In this document: in pieces, positions 52,108 to 64,000 of the stretch
How the letters are laid out: every line of letters starts with the position of its first letter
Numbering within the stretch: position 1 is the stretch's first letter
NCBI RefSeq assembly: GCF_009914755.1
Contig: NC_060925.1
DNA: 64,000 nucleotides
Direction: 5' to 3' (one strand)
Origin: the human T2T-CHM13v2.0 reference genome, Homo sapiens
Position numbers and translations under genes: made by a program
Notes under the pieces: model-generated
Told to the model about the DNA's origin: nothing
Database searches by the model: none
Seen by the model: only the letters and a program-made list of their open reading frames with translations

Positions 52108-52314
52108 CAGTGGTTCTTACTTAGGGATGATTTTGTCCTCACGGGATATTTGGCAAAGTTTGGAGACATTTTTGGCTGTTACAGGGGGCCTCTGGCATCT
52201 CAGTGGGTAGAGGCCAGGGAAGCTGCTAAACATCCTCCAATGCATAGGGTGGTCCCTTTGAACACAGAGTTATCCAGTCCAAAAAGTCAATGGCCCTGAG
52301 CTTGAGAAATTCTG
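52108..52314 (+). mobile_element. MER20 inserted in a MIR
   Basis: CAGTGGTTCT...ggagacatttttgg...gtgggtagaggccaggga.gctgctaaacatcct...ttgagaaa..ctg. Confidence 0.85.
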
Positions 52315-53486
52315 AATTATATAATGCACGTAATGTGTTCAATACAACACCTGGCACATATCAACTGCTTAGTAAATGGAAAACAAATAGACTTTGGGGA
52401 AAAAACGTGTTTTCAGGAGGAGCAATCTGAGTTTGATGGATCCAAATCATCATGGTCCTTTTCCCAAATATCTACCACAAGGCTGTTATGACGTGAGGAG
52501 GCTCACAACAAAGAACAACTGGTTTTATCACATAAATACCACGGAAACCAAAAAGTGAGCAATATGTTCAAGACAGCAGACCTGTAGCCTTGGACCTTGG
52601 ACTCCTCTGTGTGGGGGAGGATGGGAAGGCTCGCACGTTCCATGCCTCCTCCCCCGCCAGGCAGCATCTCCCCTGGCTGGAGTTCCAGCTGTTGTCTGGG
52701 TCAGCGCAAACAGAGACCTTTGGGCTGCCCAAGATCCAGGATTTACAGCCCACAGACTCCTCCCAGTTTACCGGAGTGTTTGGAAGACATTCCAGGTCAG
52801 CAGGAATTAAGTAGGGCCCCCGAGGGGAGTGTGTGTCACGTGGTCTGACGACACAGCCAGGATGAACTGGAGAAGGGCAAAGCATAGTCCAGAGGAAAGT
52901 GCAGTCAAAGCAGAATTGATTCAAGAGAGTCAAGCATTTAGCAACATTCGTTGTGCACCTACTGTGCCAGCCTCTTCCTCTCCTACGTGGGAGGCCCTTT
53001 GGAATAGAGGTTAGGAGGACAGTCTCTATGTAGAGGACATTTGAATCCCAGCCCTGCCAGCACTAGGTGTGTGTCCTTTGCAAGAAACATCATCTCTCTG
53101 AAACACATGGTATACATGCAATAAATTATGGGTGTACGTATGTCTCAGTCCTCACAAAAAGATATTTATGGTAAGAGCTATTACCATTCCTATTTTACAA
53201 AAGAATAAACCAAGGCTCAAAGAGGTGAAGGACTTTGTCCAATGTCATAGGACTAATTAAGTAGCAGAGGATCACTGTGACAGGCTTTTAGGGAGATGGA
53301 AAGATGAGTAAGATGGAGTCCCTGACTTCAACAAGCTTGGGGTCTCATAGAGGAGATAAAGGCAGGTAAAAGTCTAATTTCCAGCAAAGAGACAATGAGA
53401 GGTGCTAATAAAGAGCATTCAGCGGCCAGGCGCAGTGGCTCACGCCTGTAATCCCAGCACTTTGGGAGCCCGAGGCGGGTGAATCA

Positions 53487-53804
<318 letters not shown>

Positions 53805-53944
53805 TCAGGAAGGCTTCACAGAGGAAGTGGTGGCTCAGCTGGTCTTTGAAGGTGAGTCAGATTGAAAGCACAGTCAGAGACTGAAGTTCCAAGAAGTGTG
53901 ACCATTGTGTTGGGCCATAGGATGTGTACATGTCAGGGTGGTCA

Positions 53945-54322
<378 letters not shown>

Positions 54323-54344
54323 TCAAAAAATAATAAAATAAAAA

Positions 54345-54488
54345 TAATATTTGAGTCTCTAGATCCAGCTATGCCTGAAGTCTTCACCTATACTATTCAA
54401 TTCCATAAGCAAAACATTCTCTTTTATGAGTAAGACAGGTTTGGTTGGGTTTTTTGTCACTTGCAGCTGGAAGAATGCTGACTGATAC
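54345..54488 (+). mobile_element. MLT1-family LTR 3' fragment
   Basis: gatccagctatgcctgaag...ttgggtttt..tgtcacttgca...ctgactgataca. Confidence 0.6.
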
Positions 54489-56104
54489 AAAGAGTCTCAA
54501 ATCTCATCCTAAGGAATTCTACATAGGTTCTAGAAAGACATGAAAGGGAGAGGGGAAAATAGCCAGTGAGAAGGAAAAAGATGTGATAATTACTGAAACA
54601 AGCTCCCTAGAGGGCAGAAAGAATTGGAAGTAGAAGAGAAGGCAGGCCGGGTGCGGTGGCTCATGCCTGTAATCCCAGCACTTTGGGAGGCCGAGGCGGG
54701 TAGATCATTTGAGCTCAGGAGTTCGAGACCAGCCTGGCCAACATGGTGAAACCCCGGCTCTACTAAAAATACAAAAATTAGCCGGGTGTGGTGGCTCACA
54801 CCTGTAGTCCCAGCTACTTGGGAAGCTGAGGTAGGAGGATTGCTTGAGCCCAAGAGTTTGAGACCAGCATGGACAACACTCCATCTCTACAAAAACAAGA
54901 AAATTAACTCGACATGGTGTTGTACACATGTTGTTCCAGCTATTGAGGAGGCTGAGGCTAAAGCGGAAGGATTGTTTGGGCCTGGGAGGTCCACGCAGCA
55001 GTGACCTGTGATTGTGCCACTGCACTCCAGCCTGGGCAAGAGAGCGAGACTCTGTCTCAAAAAAAATACAATAAAATCATGTTATCAGTGAATAGTATGA
55101 GCATGGAAAGATAGATCCAGCATATTGTTTAGTGATAAACCAAGTTACAAAACAGTATGGACTATATGATTTCTTTTTTTCTTTTTCTTTTTTTTTTTTT
55201 TTTTTTTGAGATAGAGTCTCACTTTGTCACCCAGGCTGGAGTGTAGTGGCACCATCACAGCTCACTGCAGCCTCGACCTCACGGGCTTAGGTGATCTTCC
55301 CACCTCAGCTCCTGAGTAGCCGGCAGGCACCACCACACTCAGCTAATTTTTTGTATTTTTATGTAGAGATGGGGTTTTGCCATGTTGCCCAGGCTCAAAC
55401 TTCTGGCTCAAGTCATCTGCCTGGGCTGCCCCGGTATGATTTCTTTTGTTTGTTTAAAAATATACATATTCAGTTAATAGGGTTGATAATAAAGAAAATA
55501 AATAAGAAAAAACAAAAATAAATACATAAAAAATAAAAATAGATTTATATGTAGAACCAGGATGGTGGCACAGACCTGTAGCCCCAGCTACTCAGGAGGC
55601 TGAGATGGGAGGATCACTTGGGTCCAGATGTTCGAGTCCCGCCTGGTCAACATAACAAGACCATGTCTCTAAATATTATATATATATATTTATATTTTTA
55701 TATGTCTGTAAGAAAAATACCCAAAAGACATTGAAACAGAGTATCATTACCTCTTTCTCCTTTCTTCTTTGTTCATTAACCCTCAAGTTTGTTTAGGTAT
55801 TCACCTTTCAGAAAAGGTGACCACAGCCAGAGGTTAGCTGGAGGCTTAATTCTAAGTCAATTATGGTAATGCCAGTGATTGGGCTAGGGGCATTCACGTG
55901 AGGGAGTTTTGGCCAATGAGATGGGAAAGGGAGTCCGCTGGGAAGCCTGAGGGAAGAGTTTCCTGGTTTAAAAAACAACAAAGACGCTGGGCGGCGGTGG
56001 CTCACGCCTGTAATCCCAGCACTTTGGGAGGCCGCGGTGGGCGGATCACAAAGTCACAAGTTCAAGACCAGTCTGGTCAACATAGTGAAACCCCGTCTCT
56101 ACTA

Positions 56105-56305
<201 letters not shown>

Positions 56306-56674
56306 TCACGCCTGTAATCCCAGCACTTTGGGAGGCCGAGGCAGGCAGATCATCTGAGGTTAGGAGCTCCAGACTAGCCTGGCCAACATGGTGACCTCTT
56401 CTCTACTAAAAATTAGCCGGGCGGTGGCGCACGCTTGTAGTCCCAGCTACGCGGGAGGCTGAGGAGGGAGGATCGTTTGAACCCGGGAAGTTGAATCACG
56501 GAGGTTGCAGTAGCTGAGATCCCAACACTGCACTCCAGCCTAGTTAACAAAGTGAAACTCTGTATCAAAAAAACAAACAGAAAAAAACCAAAAAAACAAA
56601 ACAACAACAACAACAACAAAAACAATGCTGGGCCTATAGTCCCAGCACTTTGGGAGGCCAAGGCGGGTGGATCA

Positions 56675-57760
<1,086 letters not shown>

Positions 57761-58029
57761 TATTTTAAAAAGAGAGGAAGGTATTTCCAGGAATCGGTAG
57801 CCCTTCTTTGTTCCATTACAATCTAGTGGAGCTGGATGTCATGTCCTCAGGCAGTTCTTGGAACTATGAAAACAATCTTTTAACCACGGAAGAATGAAAA
57901 ATGGCAACGTGACAAGAATGGAAAAACAGAGAATTCAGGTCCTTGATAAAATCTTGGAGCTACTGAAAGAACCAATTCTAGAGCTTCTCTATTTTGGGGC
58001 TTCTTAATATAAGACGTAATAAATTTTTC

Positions 58030-61714
<3,685 letters not shown>

Positions 61715-61716
61715 TA

Positions 61717-61884
<168 letters not shown>

Positions 61885-62733
61885 TCAGGAGGCTGAGGCA
61901 GGAGAATCACTTGAACCTGGGAAGCACAGGTTGCGGTGAGCCAAGATTCCGCCACTGCACTCCAGTCTGGGCGATAGAGCGAGACTCTGTCTTAAAAAAG
62001 AAAAAGAAAAAGAAACTGACAAAGTTTTCCAGAGTGCAGGGCCCAGGATTTTAATCACACTATTCTACTGCTTATAAATTAACCTATAAAATCTTTTATT
62101 TTTAAAAGAATAAAAAGAAATTTTCTTCCTGTTATGGCTGTGATGAACTTTAGTAAGCATACAGTAAACAAAACAAAACAAAACAAAACAAAAAAAAAAA
62201 CAGCAATATAAGTTATTTTTTATTTTAAAAACTCTTCACAGGACACTTACACATTGAAATACATACAGCCAAGGGCTGCTGAGCTGTTGGCCTTCCGGAA
62301 GCTTAAGCACTTCATCTTTTCTCTGGCATGTGGTCTCTGTGGGTCCTCAGATGCCAGGATCACATGTTCGCTGCTCACTGAGCTCTTAGGAAGCCCCTGT
62401 GCTACCCTGTAGGCAGAAATTATCCTTTTTGAATCAGGTAAGTAACAGAAACCTCCTCAGCTTTAAGCTAGAAAGGGAACTCTCTTTCTGAAGGTACAGG
62501 AGGTGCAGCTGACCCATGCAAAGGACTGGAGTTAGGAAATGGAGAGTTCTGCAGATCCAATCAGCCAGCCCAGGGGGCCAGTCCCATGGTGCAAGTGTAG
62601 TTGCAGGCAAACAAAATAAGATCTTGGGCTCAGGAGTCCAACAACTTGAGTTGAAATCCTGGTTCTACCACTTACAAGCCATGTGACCCTAGGCAAGTTA
62701 CTTAACCTCTCAGACCCCAGTTTCCTTATCTTA

Positions 62734-63024
<291 letters not shown>

Positions 63025-63069
63025 TTAATGAGTTGATGCATATAAAAAATGCTTTAAAGGAGTCAGGCA

Positions 63070-64000
<931 letters not shown>

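Overview
Alu-dense primate DNA, almost certainly human, containing the complete SESN2 (Sestrin-2) gene on the + strand. It has a CpG-island promoter at ~15.1-16.6 kb, 10 coding exons (15683..36636) that splice by GT-AG to 480 aa, and a ~1.7 kb 3'UTR ending near AATAAA 38296. The rest is mostly Alu, a Tigger1 fossil broken up by Alus, L1M/L2/MIR, MER and LTR remnants. Nearly all ORFs in the track are Alu-derived or GC-rich artefacts. I found no new protein-coding system. The most notable observations are: (1) a 304-bp, 96.7%-identical inverted duplication pasted into an AluY just downstream of SESN2, with a template-switch signature; (2) two young AluYb8 insertions, one chimeric and one re-using an older target site; (3) an orphan NF-Y/Sp1/bZIP CpG promoter at ~3.0-3.4 kb; (4) a stop-free in-frame intron 4 and an NMD-escaping exon 9-skip route; (5) a uORF, a series of ATF4/CARE motifs and a downstream p53 three-quarter site. 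Repeat boundaries and subfamily calls are by eye and approximate.
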